Origin: an uncultured bacterium
Lineage (GTDB): Bacteria; Patescibacteriota; Minisyncoccia; Minisyncoccales; RBG-13-42-11
Length of the DNA: 64,000 bases
Assembly: GCA_963790795.1 (NCBI GenBank)
Contig: CAWBPO010000001.1
Span: 396,073 to 460,072 of the forward strand
Direction: 5' to 3'
This document shows, piece by piece, positions 9,905 to 20,409 of this stretch. Positions within the stretch are counted from its first letter, which is position 1; every line of letters begins with the position of its first letter. The notes under the pieces are model-generated. The model was not told the origin of the DNA. It saw only the letters and a program-made list of their open reading frames with translations, and ran no database searches. A program made the position numbers and the translations under genes.

Positions 9905-11773
9905 ATGTCTAAAATATTAGGTATCGATTTGGGAACCACCTTTTCCGCTATGGCGGTCATAGAAGGCGGCGAACCCAAAATAATTGAGAACAAAGAAGGA
10001 GCAAGAACCACTCCTTCGGTCGTTGCTTTCACTAAAACAGGAGAAAGATTGGTCGGTGTTTTGGCTAAAAGGCAGCAGGTAACCAATCCTCAAAACACTA
10101 TTTTCTCGGCCAAAAGATTAATCGGCCGGCGCTTTTCCGATTCGGAAGTGCAAAAAGACAAGAAGCTTCTTCCTTATGAGATAAGAGAAGCTGCGGATGG
10201 CGGGGTTGAAGTGAAAATGGGTGATAAATGGCTGAAGCCAGCTGAGATTTCAGCTATGGTTTTGCAGAAATTGAAAGCTGATGCAGAAGCGAAACTGGGA
10301 GAAAAGATAGAGGAAGCGATTATTACTTGTCCTGCATATTTTGATGACAGCCAGAGAAAAGCAACCAAAGTTGCCGGAGAAATAGCCGGATTCAACGTCA
10401 AAAGGGTGATTAACGAACCGACAGCCGCAGCTTTGGCTTACGGCTTGAACAAAAAGAAAGGAGAGCAGATCATTGTTTACGATTTCGGCGGAGGCACTTT
10501 TGATATATCTGTTTTGGATGTTTCCGAAGATACGATAGAAGTGAAAGCAACTGGCGGAGACACTCATTTAGGAGGGGACGACTTTGACCAGAGAATAATG
10601 GACTGGCTGGTTAATGAATTCAAAAAGAGCGATGGCATTGATTTGTCAAAAGATCCTCTGGCTTTGCAAAGAATAAAGGAAGCAGCTGAAAAAGCGAAGA
10701 TTGAGTTGTCTTCTATTTTTGAAGCTGAAATCAATCTGCCTTTTGTTTCAGCTGATTCTTCAGGTCCAAAGCATTTTTACTTTAAGCTAAGCAGGGCGAA
10801 ACTTGAAGAACTGGTAGGCGATTACATTGCCAAATCCATTGATCTAGTAAAGCAGACTTTGAAAGAAGCGAAGATGGAGCCAAAAGATATTGAAGAGATA
10901 GTTTTAGTAGGAGGCCAGACCAGAATGCCAAAGATTCAGGAAGAGTTAAAGAAAATATTCGGCAAAGAAGCTAATCGCTCAATTAATCCCGATGAAGTGG
11001 TGGCTGTCGGAGCGGCCATCCAAGCTGGCATTATGCAGGGAGAAGTGAAAGACGTTTTATTGCTGGATGTTACTCCTCTTTCTTTGGGGATTGAAACCTT
11101 GGGAGGAGTGAGCACTCCTTTGATTGCAAAGAACACGACCGTTCCCACTTCCAAAAGCCAGGTTTTTTCCACAGCAGCTGATAATCAAACATCAGTTGAA
11201 ATCCATGTTCTGCAGGGAGAGCGGCCAATGGCCCACGATAATAAAAGCTTGGGCAGGTTTATGCTGGACGGTATTCCGCCATCTCCCAGGGGTATTCCCC
11301 AGATTGAAGTGACTTTTGATATTGATGCCAACGGCATTTTGAACGTTACTGCCAAAGACAAGGCAACTGCTAAATCCCAGTCAATAAGAATAGAAGGGTC
11401 TACCGGCATTTCAAAAGAAGAAGTGGAAAAGATGAAAAAAGAAGCTGAAGCGCACGCTCAAGAAGACAAGAAAAAGCAGGAATTGATTGAAGCCAAGAAT
11501 ACAGCTGACAATCTTGTATATATGACAGAAAAAACGCTGAGAGAATCAGGAGACAAGATTTCTGCTGAAGCGAAAAAAGAGATTGAAGAAAAGCTCAATG
11601 AGTTGAAGAAGGTGAAAGAGAGTGATAATATTGAGGATATTAAGCAGAAAACTAATGATTTATCCCAGAGCGTCCAGAAAATCGGAGCTGAACTTTACCA
11701 GCAAGCGCAAAAGCAGGAAAAACCTCAGGACGAAGAAAAAGGATCGGAAGAAGGCGAATACAAAGAAAAATAA
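9905..11773 (+). CDS. dnaK: Molecular chaperone DnaK (Hsp70)
   Basis: 622 aa; [32 protein letters not shown] signatures. Confidence 0.97.
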   Translation: MSKILGIDLGTTFSAMAVIEGGEPKIIENKEGARTTPSVVAFTKTGERLVGVLAKRQQVTNPQNTIFSAKRLIGRRFSDSEVQKDKKLLPYEIREAADGGVEVKMGDKWLKPAEISAMVLQKLKADAEAKLGEKIEEAIITCPAYFDDSQRKATKVAGEIAGFNVKRVINEPTAAALAYGLNKKKGEQIIVYDFGGGTFDISVLDVSEDTIEVKATGGDTHLGGDDFDQRIMDWLVNEFKKSDGIDLSKDPLALQRIKEAAEKAKIELSSIFEAEINLPFVSADSSGPKHFYFKLSRAKLEELVGDYIAKSIDLVKQTLKEAKMEPKDIEEIVLVGGQTRMPKIQEELKKIFGKEANRSINPDEVVAVGAAIQAGIMQGEVKDVLLLDVTPLSLGIETLGGVSTPLIAKNTTVPTSKSQVFSTAADNQTSVEIHVLQGERPMAHDNKSLGRFMLDGIPPSPRGIPQIEVTFDIDANGILNVTAKDKATAKSQSIRIEGSTGISKEEVEKMKKEAEAHAQEDKKKQELIEAKNTADNLVYMTEKTLRESGDKISAEAKKEIEEKLNELKKVKESDNIEDIKQKTNDLSQSVQKIGAELYQQAQKQEKPQDEEKGSEEGEYKEK

Positions 11774-11776
11774 TTT

Positions 11777-12853
11777 ATGAAGGATTATTACCAAATCTTA
11801 GGCCTTTCTCAAGATGCTTCTCCCGAAGAAATCAAAAAAGCATATTACAAGCTGGCTCACAAGCATCATCCTGACAAAGGCGGAGATGAGAAAAAATTCA
11901 AAGAGATAAACGAGGCTTACCAGACTCTTTCAAATAAAGACAAGAAAAGCCAGTACGATAGATTCGGCAGGGTTTTTGATGAAGGAGCTGGTTTTGATAC
12001 TGGATTTGATTTTGGTTCTTTTTCCGGAAGGCCGAATATTGATTTTGAGTTTGATTTTGGCGATTTGAGCGATTTGATGGAAGATTTTTTGGGTTTTGGA
12101 GGAAGAAGGAAAAAAGATTTCAAGCGCGGCAAAGACATTGAGGTTGAAATGGAAGTTCCTTTAGAAGACGTTCTCTCTGGCAAAGAAAGAGAGATTGTTT
12201 TGGAAAAGTTTGTTTCCTGTTCCAGGTGCCAGGGAAGTGGGGCAGAGCCAGGAACCAAGGTTAAAGAATGTTTTTCCTGCAGAGGCACAGGCTGGGTCCA
12301 GCAGATAAAGAGAACTCCTCTTGGTTCTTTTACACAGAGCGCCACTTGTCCTGAATGCGGAGGAGAAGGATTTAAACCGGAAAAAACCTGCAACGTTTGC
12401 AAAGGCGAAGGAAGGATAAAAAAACAGGAAAGAATTAAAGTTTTCATTCCAGCTGGCGTAGACACCAATCAAATAATCAAGATTGAAGGAAATGGAGAGG
12501 CTGGCAGACGTTCTGGAAAACCAGGCAATTTGTATGTTAGAATATTCGTTAGGAAGCATCCGGTTTTTAAAAGAAAAGGCGATGATTTGTACGTTCAAGT
12601 GCCGATTTCTTTCAGCCAGGCAGGTTTGGGAGGCGAGGCAGAAATTCAGACATTGCAGGGAAAGAAGATTTTGCTTACAATACCTTCCGGAACAGAATCA
12701 GGCAAGATATTGAAGATTTCAGGCAAAGGAATTCCTCATTTTTCCGGCTTTGGAACTGGAAATATGTATGTTGAAATAGTTTTGAAAACTCCGAAGAAAT
12801 TGACCAAGAGACAGAAAGAGTTATTAGAAGGATTGAAGGAAGAGGGACTTTAA
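11777..12853 (+). CDS. dnaJ: Molecular chaperone DnaJ
   Basis: 358 aa; J domain with HPD (KHHPDKGG), G/F region, four CxxCxGxG zinc-finger repeats. Confidence 0.95.
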   Translation: MKDYYQILGLSQDASPEEIKKAYYKLAHKHHPDKGGDEKKFKEINEAYQTLSNKDKKSQYDRFGRVFDEGAGFDTGFDFGSFSGRPNIDFEFDFGDLSDLMEDFLGFGGRRKKDFKRGKDIEVEMEVPLEDVLSGKEREIVLEKFVSCSRCQGSGAEPGTKVKECFSCRGTGWVQQIKRTPLGSFTQSATCPECGGEGFKPEKTCNVCKGEGRIKKQERIKVFIPAGVDTNQIIKIEGNGEAGRRSGKPGNLYVRIFVRKHPVFKRKGDDLYVQVPISFSQAGLGGEAEIQTLQGKKILLTIPSGTESGKILKISGKGIPHFSGFGTGNMYVEIVLKTPKKLTKRQKELLEGLKEEGL

Positions 12854-12913
12854 AAAGAGGATATTGGCACGAAGTGCCAGAGAGGGCGAGCGATTAACTA
12901 AGTATTACCACTA

Positions 12914-12986
12914 GCCCCCGTAGCTCAATTGGTAGAGCAATTCCCTTTTAAGGAAGTGGTTCCGCGTTCGAGTCGCGGCGGGGGCA
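12914..12986 (+). tRNA. tRNA-Lys (anticodon UUU)
   Basis: Cloverleaf folded by hand: acceptor GCCCCCG/CGGGGGC, D arm GCTC/GAGC, anticodon stem ATTCC/GGAAG with loop CTTTTAA, T arm CCGCG-TTCGAGT-CGCGG; 73 nt, no encoded CCA. Confidence 0.93.
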
Positions 12987-12995
12987 TAATCTAAG

Positions 12996-13016
12996 AACCC
13001 TAATAAGGGTTTTTTG
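12996..13016 (+). terminator. Rho-independent terminator after tRNA-Lys
   Basis: AACCC-TAATAA-GGGTT followed by TTTTT. Confidence 0.6.
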
Positions 13017-13119
13017 GTTGTATATTTGCTTGTTTTTAATATTTAATTGTGGTAAATTGATATAATAGTTTTTAAATCAAAACAATATTTTGTTTTTTTA
13101 GTTTATTTTTTAAATAGAT

Positions 13120-14307
13120 ATGTTGAATAAATTGGCGAAAATTTCTACTCTTCTTTTTTTAATTGTGATGATAGCGGTTGCTTTTGGTTGCGGTTTTTGG
13201 TTCGGCAAATCCCAGGTTGTTTGTCCGGTTTGCCCTCCGGAAGATCTGGATTTCTCGCTTTTTTGGGAAACTTGGCAAGCTATCCGGGATAAATACGTAG
13301 ATAAAGACAAATTTAATGTTCAGGAAATGATTTACGGAGCAATCTCCGGCATGGTGGATTCTTTGGACGACCCTTACACTGTTTTTTTAAAGCCTGATGA
13401 CGCCAAAAGATTTATTGAAGACGTGAAAGGAACTTTTGAAGGCGTGGGTATGGAAATCGATATCAGGGACGGTCAGCTGCAAGTAGTTGCTCCTTTGGAA
13501 GGAACGCCAGCTCAAAAAGCAGGACTGAGAGCTGGAGACAAGATTATTAGCGTTGACGGAAAACCAACTGCTGATATGACAATAGATGAAGCAATAAGCC
13601 TGATTCGCGGGCCCAAAGATACGGAAGTCGTTTTAACGATTAACAGGGAAGAATGGGAAGAGACCAAAGACATTAAAATAGTAAGAGGAGTGATTGATAT
13701 TCCTTCTTTGAAACTGGAAATCAGAGATGACAATATCGCTTATCTGAAGCTTTATCAGTTTTCTGAAATAGCTTCTTTTGACTTCGGAGAAGCAGCCATT
13801 GAAATATTGAACAGCGACGCCAAGAAAATCATCTTAGACCTCAGGAATAATCCTGGTGGATATTTGGAAGTTGCTCATGATATTGCCGGCTGGTTTTTGG
13901 AAAAAGGCCAGGTAGTGGTTACTGAGGATTTTGGTGAAGGAAAAGAGCAGGAAATATATCTGGCCGAAGGCAATGCTAAATTGCTCACTTATCCTGTGGT
14001 AATATTGATTAACAAGGGTTCAGCTTCCGGTTCTGAGATTTTAGCAGGAGCTTTAAGGGACAACCGGGGAGTAAAGCTGATAGGCGAAACCTCATTCGGC
14101 AAAGGGTCTGTCCAGGAATTGACTGAATTAAGAAGCGGTTCTTCTTTGAAAGTGACCATTGCCAAGTGGCTAACTCCTAAGGGCGACTTCATTACTGACA
14201 AAGGCCTGGAACCTGATATAATAGTAGAAATGACGGATGAAGATTATAATTCAGGCTTGGATCCCCAGCTTGATAAAGCAGTTGAAATAATAAAAGAATT
14301 GAATTAA
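13120..14307 (+). CDS. S41-family carboxy-terminal processing peptidase with PDZ domain
   Basis: 395 aa; N-terminal TM/signal; PDZ (GTPAQKAGLRAGDKIISVDG); GSASGSEILAGALRD and FGKGSVQ catalytic regions. Confidence 0.85.
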   Translation: MLNKLAKISTLLFLIVMIAVAFGCGFWFGKSQVVCPVCPPEDLDFSLFWETWQAIRDKYVDKDKFNVQEMIYGAISGMVDSLDDPYTVFLKPDDAKRFIEDVKGTFEGVGMEIDIRDGQLQVVAPLEGTPAQKAGLRAGDKIISVDGKPTADMTIDEAISLIRGPKDTEVVLTINREEWEETKDIKIVRGVIDIPSLKLEIRDDNIAYLKLYQFSEIASFDFGEAAIEILNSDAKKIILDLRNNPGGYLEVAHDIAGWFLEKGQVVVTEDFGEGKEQEIYLAEGNAKLLTYPVVILINKGSASGSEILAGALRDNRGVKLIGETSFGKGSVQELTELRSGSSLKVTIAKWLTPKGDFITDKGLEPDIIVEMTDEDYNSGLDPQLDKAVEIIKELN

Positions 14308-14319
14308 GATTATATAATT

Positions 14320-14772
14320 ATGAAAGTTATTTTATTAAAAAACGTTGAAAAGGTGGGAAAACAGTTTGAGGTCAAGGAAGTTAAAGACGGCTATGCCAGG
14401 AATTTTTTGATTGACAAAGGCTTGGCAAAACCAGCTACTGAAGAAGCTTTGAAATGGCTTGAAGTTCAGAAAGAAATTCAAGAAAAAAAAGCTGAGGACG
14501 AATTGAAGAAAGCTCAGGAGCTTGCCTCAACCGTTGATGATATGGAACTTACCATTCCAGTAAAGGTTGGAGAAGAAGGACAGCTGTTTGAGTCGATTAG
14601 CGCTCAAAAGATTTCTGATAAATTGAAAGAAATGGGTTTTGACGTGAAGAAAAGCCAAATTGAATTAGCAGAATCGATTAAAGAGATTGGAGAGTTTCCA
14701 ATTAAAATTAAACTTGAGCACAATTTAGAGGTCGAAATCAGAGTGATACTTACTAAATTAGAGGATGAGTAG
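14320..14772 (+). CDS. rplI: 50S ribosomal protein L9
   Basis: 150 aa; [31 protein letters not shown]-terminal signature. Confidence 0.9.
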   Translation: MKVILLKNVEKVGKQFEVKEVKDGYARNFLIDKGLAKPATEEALKWLEVQKEIQEKKAEDELKKAQELASTVDDMELTIPVKVGEEGQLFESISAQKISDKLKEMGFDVKKSQIELAESIKEIGEFPIKIKLEHNLEVEIRVILTKLEDE

Positions 14773-14774
14773 GT

Positions 14775-16430
14775 ATGGCTCGATTTATTTTCATTGCAGG
14801 CGGAGTGATGTCCGGCATCGGCAAAGGAGTGGCTACAGCTTCAATCGGAAAGATTTTGCAGGGCAAGGGTTTTAAAGTAACAGCAGTAAAAATTGATCCT
14901 TACATAAATGTTGATGCGGGGACGATGAATCCCATAGAGCACGGAGAGGTTTTCGTGACCAAAGACGGAGTGGAATGCGACCAGGACGTGGGCAATTACG
15001 AAAGGTTTTTGGACGAGGAATTGACCACGGAAAACTATATCACCACTGGCCGCGTTTACGAAACAGTCATTCGCAAAGAAAGGAATTTAGAATACGGAGG
15101 CAAATGCGTGGAAGTCGTGCCGCATATTCCGAATGAAGTGATTTCCCGCATCCAGAAGGCCGCCAAAAAAACCAAAGCTGAGTTCGTTTTGATAGAAATT
15201 GGCGGAACAGTCGGAGAATACCAGAACCTTTTGTTTCTGGAAGCAGCCAGAATGATGAAACTGCAACATCCAAAAGATGTTCTTTTTATTTTGGTCAGCT
15301 ATTTGCCGATTCCCAACATGATTGGAGAAATGAAAACCAAGCCGACCCAGCACGCTGTCAGAACTTTAAACTCTGCCGGTATTCAGCCGGATATTATCAT
15401 TGCCCGTTCGGAAGTGGCACTTGACCAGCCGAGAAAAAAGAAAATATCCATTTTCTGTAATGTCCAGGAAGAAGACGTTATTTCCGCCCCTGACATCAAG
15501 TCAATTTACGAGATACCGATTAATTTTGAAAAAGACAACTTGGGAAAGATGATTTTGAAGAAATTCGGACTGAGGACAAGGAAAGAAAACTTGAAAGACT
15601 GGCAAAGACTGGTCAAAGTTATCAAGACCGCCAAAAAAACAGTGAAAGTCGGCATTGTCGGCAAATATTTTGAAACGGGAGATTTCACTTTGGCTGATTC
15701 CTACATTTCCATTATTGAAGCTGCAAAGCACGCTTCCTGGTTCTATAAATTGAAAATAGAATTATCCTGGTTATTAAGCGAATCTTACGAGAAAGACTCC
15801 GGGAAACTAAAAGAGTTGAAGAAATTAAACGGCATCATCGTGCCTGGCGGATTCGGGAACAGGGGAACGGAAGGAAAGATAAAAGCGATTGAGTACTGCA
15901 GAAAGAATAAAATTCCTTATCTTGGACTTTGTTTTGGCATGCAACTGGCAGTGATTGAATTTGCCAGAAACGTTTGCAAAATGAAAGACGCCAATACAAC
16001 TGAGATTATCAAACATTGTAAATATCCTGTTATTGACACTCTTCCCGAACAAAAAGCTTTAATTCAGGAGAAAAAATACGGGGGAACAATGAGACTGGGA
16101 GATTATCCGTGTTTGATTAAAAAAGGAACCATTGCTTATTCTGCTTACTTGAAATCCCGCTGGGGCAAGCAAAACAAAAAAGGCGATATTCTGGTTAAAG
16201 AGAGACATCGTCACAGATATGAGTTGAACAATGAATTCAGGAAAGAGCTTGAAGATAAAGGTTTAATAATGTCAGGCATCAATCCTGAAAGAGATTTGGT
16301 GGAGATCATTGAAATTAAAAAACATCCCTTTTTTGTGGGAAGCCAATTCCATCCTGAATTTAAGTCAAAGCCTTTGAATCCGCATCCTTTGTTCAGGGAG
16401 TTTATAGCGAGTTGCGCTCGATATAAGTGA
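14775..16430 (+). CDS. pyrG: CTP synthase
   Basis: 551 aa; FIAGGVMSGIGKGV N-terminus; glutamine amidotransferase GLCFGMQ and HRHRYE motifs. Confidence 0.95.
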   Translation: MARFIFIAGGVMSGIGKGVATASIGKILQGKGFKVTAVKIDPYINVDAGTMNPIEHGEVFVTKDGVECDQDVGNYERFLDEELTTENYITTGRVYETVIRKERNLEYGGKCVEVVPHIPNEVISRIQKAAKKTKAEFVLIEIGGTVGEYQNLLFLEAARMMKLQHPKDVLFILVSYLPIPNMIGEMKTKPTQHAVRTLNSAGIQPDIIIARSEVALDQPRKKKISIFCNVQEEDVISAPDIKSIYEIPINFEKDNLGKMILKKFGLRTRKENLKDWQRLVKVIKTAKKTVKVGIVGKYFETGDFTLADSYISIIEAAKHASWFYKLKIELSWLLSESYEKDSGKLKELKKLNGIIVPGGFGNRGTEGKIKAIEYCRKNKIPYLGLCFGMQLAVIEFARNVCKMKDANTTEIIKHCKYPVIDTLPEQKALIQEKKYGGTMRLGDYPCLIKKGTIAYSAYLKSRWGKQNKKGDILVKERHRHRYELNNEFRKELEDKGLIMSGINPERDLVEIIEIKKHPFFVGSQFHPEFKSKPLNPHPLFREFIASCARYK

Positions 16431-16450
16431 CTCCGTCATTATCAGGGCAG

Positions 16451-16723
16451 CTATTCGACGTTAACAATTTTGGCAATTTTTTGAGAGCCGTCAAAATTCT
16501 TTTTCCTTTTGGTTTTAAATTTAACTACGCCTTCTTTTAAAGCAAAAAGAGTGTCATCGTTGCCTCGTTTGACATTTTTTCCCGGGAAGAATTTGGTGCC
16601 TCTTTGTCTGACGATAATACCGCCAGTTTTAACTTTTTGTCCGGCAAAAAGCTTTATTCCTAAGTATTTAGGCCCGGAATCCCTTCCCAGTTTAGTTGAT
16701 CCTGCAGCTTTTGTTTTTGCCAT
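16451..16723 (-). CDS. rpmA: 50S ribosomal protein L27
   Basis: 90 aa; [45 protein letters not shown]. Confidence 0.95.
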   Translation of the reverse strand: MAKTKAAGSTKLGRDSGPKYLGIKLFAGQKVKTGGIIVRQRGTKFFPGKNVKRGNDDTLFALKEGVVKFKTKRKKNFDGSQKIAKIVNVE

Positions 16724-16776
16724 AGTGGTAATACTTAATTAGTCGCAACTAATCAGCAATAATCAGTAATATTAAA

Positions 16777-16956
16777 ATGTTATCAAAAATAATTCATTTT
16801 GTCAAAGACCATAAAGTCGATATAATCTTAGTTGTCGGCGTTATTTTAATCTCTTTGCTTTCTTTTGCTTTGGGATATATTATGGCAAAGCAGCAGGAAA
16901 AAGGACCGATTAAAATAGAGTACCAAGCAGATAATTTTGAAGATAAAAGCCTATGA
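16777..16956 (+). CDS. Small single-pass membrane protein (59 aa), below ORF-track cutoff
   Basis: Hand-translated MLSKIIHFVKDHKVDIILVVGVILISLLSFALGYIMAKQQEKGPIKIEYQADNFEDKSL; stop overlaps next ATG (ATGA at 16953-16956). Confidence 0.45.
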   Translation: MLSKIIHFVKDHKVDIILVVGVILISLLSFALGYIMAKQQEKGPIKIEYQADNFEDKSL

Positions 16957-17888
16957 AAACAGCTATTGTCGGAGCAGGCATTAACGGGCTTTATTTGGCT
17001 TGGCGTCTTTCAAATAAAGGCAATGAAGTGGTTGTTTTTGAGAAAAAAGACAAAATAGGAAAAGAAGCCTGTTCTGGATTGTTCAGTCAGAGAATTTTAA
17101 AGTTTATTCCTCAAAGCAAAAAATTGATTCAAAATAAGATTAATTCCGCTTTGATTCATTTTCCGAGAAAAACTTTGAAAATTATATTTTCCAAAAGCTT
17201 TTTCGTAATGAGCCATTTTGAACTTGATAATTTAGCGGCTGGTTTGGCGGAAAAATCAGGCGCAAAAATTATGCTGAAGCATGCTGTAACCGATGTTCCT
17301 GCGTTAAAAGAAGATTTTGAAAGAATTATTGGTTGCGACGGGCCGAATTCCGTAATCAGAAAAAGCTTGGGGTTAAAACAATTGGATGTACGTTTGGCTA
17401 TTCAGGGGTTTTTAGCAAAAGAAGATGATTCTGATATTGTTGAAACCTGGCCGATAAATAATGGTTTTATTTGGAAGATTCCCAGAGTTAAAGAGATTGA
17501 ATACGGTATAATCGGAAATCCAAAAGAAGCAAAGCCCATATTTGAAGAATTCTTGAAGAAAAACAATATTCATTTGGAAAGAATATTTTCAGCTGTTGTC
17601 TCTCAGAGTTTTCTTTTTTCTTCCAGAGAGAAAATAACTCTTTGCGGCGATGCGGCCGGCCTTTGCAAGCCTTGGTCGGGCGGGGGAGTGGTCTGGGGTT
17701 TGATTGCCGCAGATTTGCTCTTGAAAAATTTCCCTGATTTTTTAAAATATATCAAAGCAGTAAAGATTTTTTTTATTCCGCGCATTATCTTTTCAAAAAT
17801 TGCCGTTAAAATAGTTTATTTCCTTGGATTTCATTTGCCTTGGATTCTGCCAAAGAAAATTAAAATTGAAAGCGACTTCTTAATTTAA
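16953..17888 (+). CDS. FAD-dependent oxidoreductase, geranylgeranyl-reductase-like
   Basis: 311 aa; Rossmann IVGAGINGLYLA...VVVFEKK; GDAAG motif (LCGDAAGLCKP); next to uppS. Confidence 0.65.
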   Translation: MKTAIVGAGINGLYLAWRLSNKGNEVVVFEKKDKIGKEACSGLFSQRILKFIPQSKKLIQNKINSALIHFPRKTLKIIFSKSFFVMSHFELDNLAAGLAEKSGAKIMLKHAVTDVPALKEDFERIIGCDGPNSVIRKSLGLKQLDVRLAIQGFLAKEDDSDIVETWPINNGFIWKIPRVKEIEYGIIGNPKEAKPIFEEFLKKNNIHLERIFSAVVSQSFLFSSREKITLCGDAAGLCKPWSGGGVVWGLIAADLLLKNFPDFLKYIKAVKIFFIPRIIFSKIAVKIVYFLGFHLPWILPKKIKIESDFLI

Positions 17889-17891
17889 AAT

Positions 17892-18593
17892 ATGTTAAAA
17901 CACATAGCTATTATTCCTGATGGCAACAGGCGCTGGGCGCAAAAAAAAGGCCTTAGGCTTTGGATTGGCCACCGGGAAGGAGTGAAGACCATAGAGAAAA
18001 TTTTAGAGAAAAGCCGAGAACTGAAAATCCCATATATTACTTTTTGGGCCGGTTCTTGGGATAATCTGACTAAAAGGCCAAAAAAAGAGGTGGATTTTTT
18101 ATTTAAGCTGTATACCGAACACTTTCAAAGAATAGCTAAAGATGAAGAAATTCACCAGAATAAAGTGAAGATTAATGTTCTTGGCCGCTGGAAAGAAGTT
18201 TTGCCAAAAAAAACAAAAGAGGCGATAAGAAAATCCATGGAGGCGACAAAAAAATACAATAATTATTTTTTAACTTTTCTTTTGGCTTACGATGGAACTG
18301 ATGAGATGCTGGATTGTTTTCAGAAGATTGTTAAACTTTGCCGGAGAAAGAAAATAAAAATCAGCAAAAATTTAATTAAAGAAAATCTTTGGACAAAAGA
18401 TTTGCCGGCTGTTGACCTGGTTATCAGAACGGGCTGCGAGAGCGACCCGCACATATCTGCCGGCTTTATGATGTGGGATACAGCTTACTCTCAGTTTCAT
18501 TTCACAAAAACACTTTATCCTGCTTTCACTCCGAAAGAGTTTGAAAGAATAATTAAAGATTATTCCAAAAGAGAAAGAAGATTGGGTGCTTAA
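17892..18593 (+). CDS. uppS: Isoprenyl transferase (undecaprenyl-diphosphate synthase)
   Basis: 233 aa; HIAIIPDGNRRWA and RTGCESD...SAGFMMWD motifs; C-terminal ERRLG. Confidence 0.9.
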   Translation: MLKHIAIIPDGNRRWAQKKGLRLWIGHREGVKTIEKILEKSRELKIPYITFWAGSWDNLTKRPKKEVDFLFKLYTEHFQRIAKDEEIHQNKVKINVLGRWKEVLPKKTKEAIRKSMEATKKYNNYFLTFLLAYDGTDEMLDCFQKIVKLCRRKKIKISKNLIKENLWTKDLPAVDLVIRTGCESDPHISAGFMMWDTAYSQFHFTKTLYPAFTPKEFERIIKDYSKRERRLGA

Positions 18594-18855
18594 ACGAAAA
18601 ACCCGCCGTAAGGCAGGTACAACCCCGCAAGCGGGATTAGTTTTCTCTTAAAATTAAGACGTTTTAACTTGATATTTATTACACTATTATTTTAGAGTTA
18701 GTGTCAAGTTTTTTTGAGAACTTGATTTTTTTATTATTTTTTTGTATATTATTATTAGCTTATTTATACGCAGCTGGATTTCCGGGAATGGAAATTTTTG
18801 ACACAAATAAAGCCTGCCCTTTGATAATTTAAAAAATAAATGGAGGTGAAAAAAA

Positions 18856-19722
18856 ATGACAGTAAAGGTAGTAACCGACAGCGGAGCCGATATTCCGAAG
18901 GAAATCATGGAGGAATTGGGAATTAAGACTGTTCCTTATCTCGTCCAGTTTGGTGGTGAGACACGCCGGGATAGAGTTGACATCACACCAGAGGAGATTT
19001 ATCAACGGCTGGAAGAATCACTTAAAGAAGGGCCCCAACTAACAACTTCCGCTCCTTTTCCAAAAGATTTTATTGATATTTACCAAGAATGTGGAGCAGA
19101 TGGAATTATTTCAATTCATCTTACGGGAAAACACAGCGCTACTTATGACTCAGCTCTTAATGCCAAAGCAATAGTTGAAGAAGAAAAGAAATGCCAATAC
19201 CACATTGAGGTGATTGATTCTCGGTTAATAGTGATGGGAATGGGCTTTTTGGCGATTTTAGCTGCTGAATTAGCTAAAGAAGGGAAGAGTTTAAAGGAAA
19301 TTGTCAAAGCAGTGGAAGATGCTATTCCTAAGATTCATCTTTTGTGTGTTTTAGACTCTCTAAAATATGTTGAAAAAGGAGGAAGATTAGGGAAAGTTGC
19401 TCTTCGAGCTGCTCAAGCCGCGACTAGTATGCTTAACTTAAAAGCTCTTTTAACTCTAAAAAAAGGGGAAATTTCTTTTGCTGGAGTTGTCAGACCAAAC
19501 AGAAAAAAAGAGAGGCTAATGGAATTTATCAGTAGCTTTACCAGAGTAAAGGAAGCGGCAGTGGAATATACTGCAGCTAAAGACAAGGGAGAGGCCGAGG
19601 ATTTGCTTGAAACGATAAATCATCTCTTTCCGGGAGTTCCTCTTTATTTGTCTCAAATTAGTTCAGTTATCGGCGTTCATTCGGGCCCCGGCGCTTTAGT
19701 AGTCGCTCTCAGAGAAGAATAA
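18856..19722 (+). CDS. DegV-family fatty-acid-binding protein
   Basis: 288 aa; VKVVTDSGADIP start, TTSAP, SSVIGVHSGPGAL C-terminal pattern; GGAGGTG RBS upstream. Confidence 0.85.
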   Translation: MTVKVVTDSGADIPKEIMEELGIKTVPYLVQFGGETRRDRVDITPEEIYQRLEESLKEGPQLTTSAPFPKDFIDIYQECGADGIISIHLTGKHSATYDSALNAKAIVEEEKKCQYHIEVIDSRLIVMGMGFLAILAAELAKEGKSLKEIVKAVEDAIPKIHLLCVLDSLKYVEKGGRLGKVALRAAQAATSMLNLKALLTLKKGEISFAGVVRPNRKKERLMEFISSFTRVKEAAVEYTAAKDKGEAEDLLETINHLFPGVPLYLSQISSVIGVHSGPGALVVALREE

Positions 19723-19755
19723 GGGGCTCAAAAGAATAGAACCATCAAAGCGTAT

Positions 19756-19795
19756 AGCCGCCCGAGTAGGATAAAACCCAAACGGCGGCTTTTTA
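19756..19795 (+). terminator. Terminator after degV
   Basis: AGCCGCC ... GGCGGCT stem (large loop) followed by TTTTT; abuts left inverted repeat. Confidence 0.5.
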
Positions 19796-19809
19796 TTGTG
19801 CGACATTAA
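19793..19809. repeat. Left copy of perfect 17-bp inverted repeat TTATTGTGCGACATTAA
   Basis: Exact reverse complement found at 21848-21864. Confidence 0.9.
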
Positions 19810-19912
19810 TAGGGAACAAGGGCAAAATAGGGAAGAGGGTAGTTTTATACTATTGAAGATGTAACTAGGCTAAAAAGGCCTATTTTGGCCTAAAAATAAG
19901 GGGGGAATAGGG

Positions 19913-20404
19913 CTATTTTATAAGGTGTTCCAATACAGCCTCAGCAACAGGAATCCACTTGGGAATCCTGTTTTTTTTGCTTTTGTACTGCTGGGCTGTT
20001 TTCTGGATAGTTATTAGCCGCTTGAACAAGTCTTTAGGCCACTGACTGAGAGCTTTGCCTTTGTTTTGGTAAAGAATTCCAATTGCTTCAGACCATAATT
20101 CAAAATCTTTCTTTTTATGTCCAGAAAGAGGATATTTTTCAAAAAACTTAACAATTTTATTATAAAGTTCATCAATGTTTTGAACAGAATATCTCAATTG
20201 GGTTCCAGTGATATAGTGCAGCCGGCCGCATTCCAAGACATCTTTGACTTTTTTCAGCAAATCCTCCTTATCAACAGAGCCGACAATGACAAACTGCGCT
20301 TTCCAGCAGTAATATGTGGGAGAGTTGGTTCTTTTGTGCTTAACATCTCTGCGGAACTGCAGGTCAAAACAGCCGGTTTCATTGACTATTTTGGTTATAT
20401 TCAT
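19913..20404 (-). CDS. LAGLIDADG-like (single-motif, I-CreI-size) homing-endonuclease-family protein
   Basis: 163 aa; degenerate N-terminal motif ITKIVNETGCF (compare LAGxxDGEGCF); FFEKYPLSGHKKKDFELW resembles the conserved core; 5 nt downstream of the recombinase gene. Confidence 0.5.
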   Translation of the reverse strand: MNITKIVNETGCFDLQFRRDVKHKRTNSPTYYCWKAQFVIVGSVDKEDLLKKVKDVLECGRLHYITGTQLRYSVQNIDELYNKIVKFFEKYPLSGHKKKDFELWSEAIGILYQNKGKALSQWPKDLFKRLITIQKTAQQYKSKKNRIPKWIPVAEAVLEHLIK

Positions 20405-20409
20405 AATTA

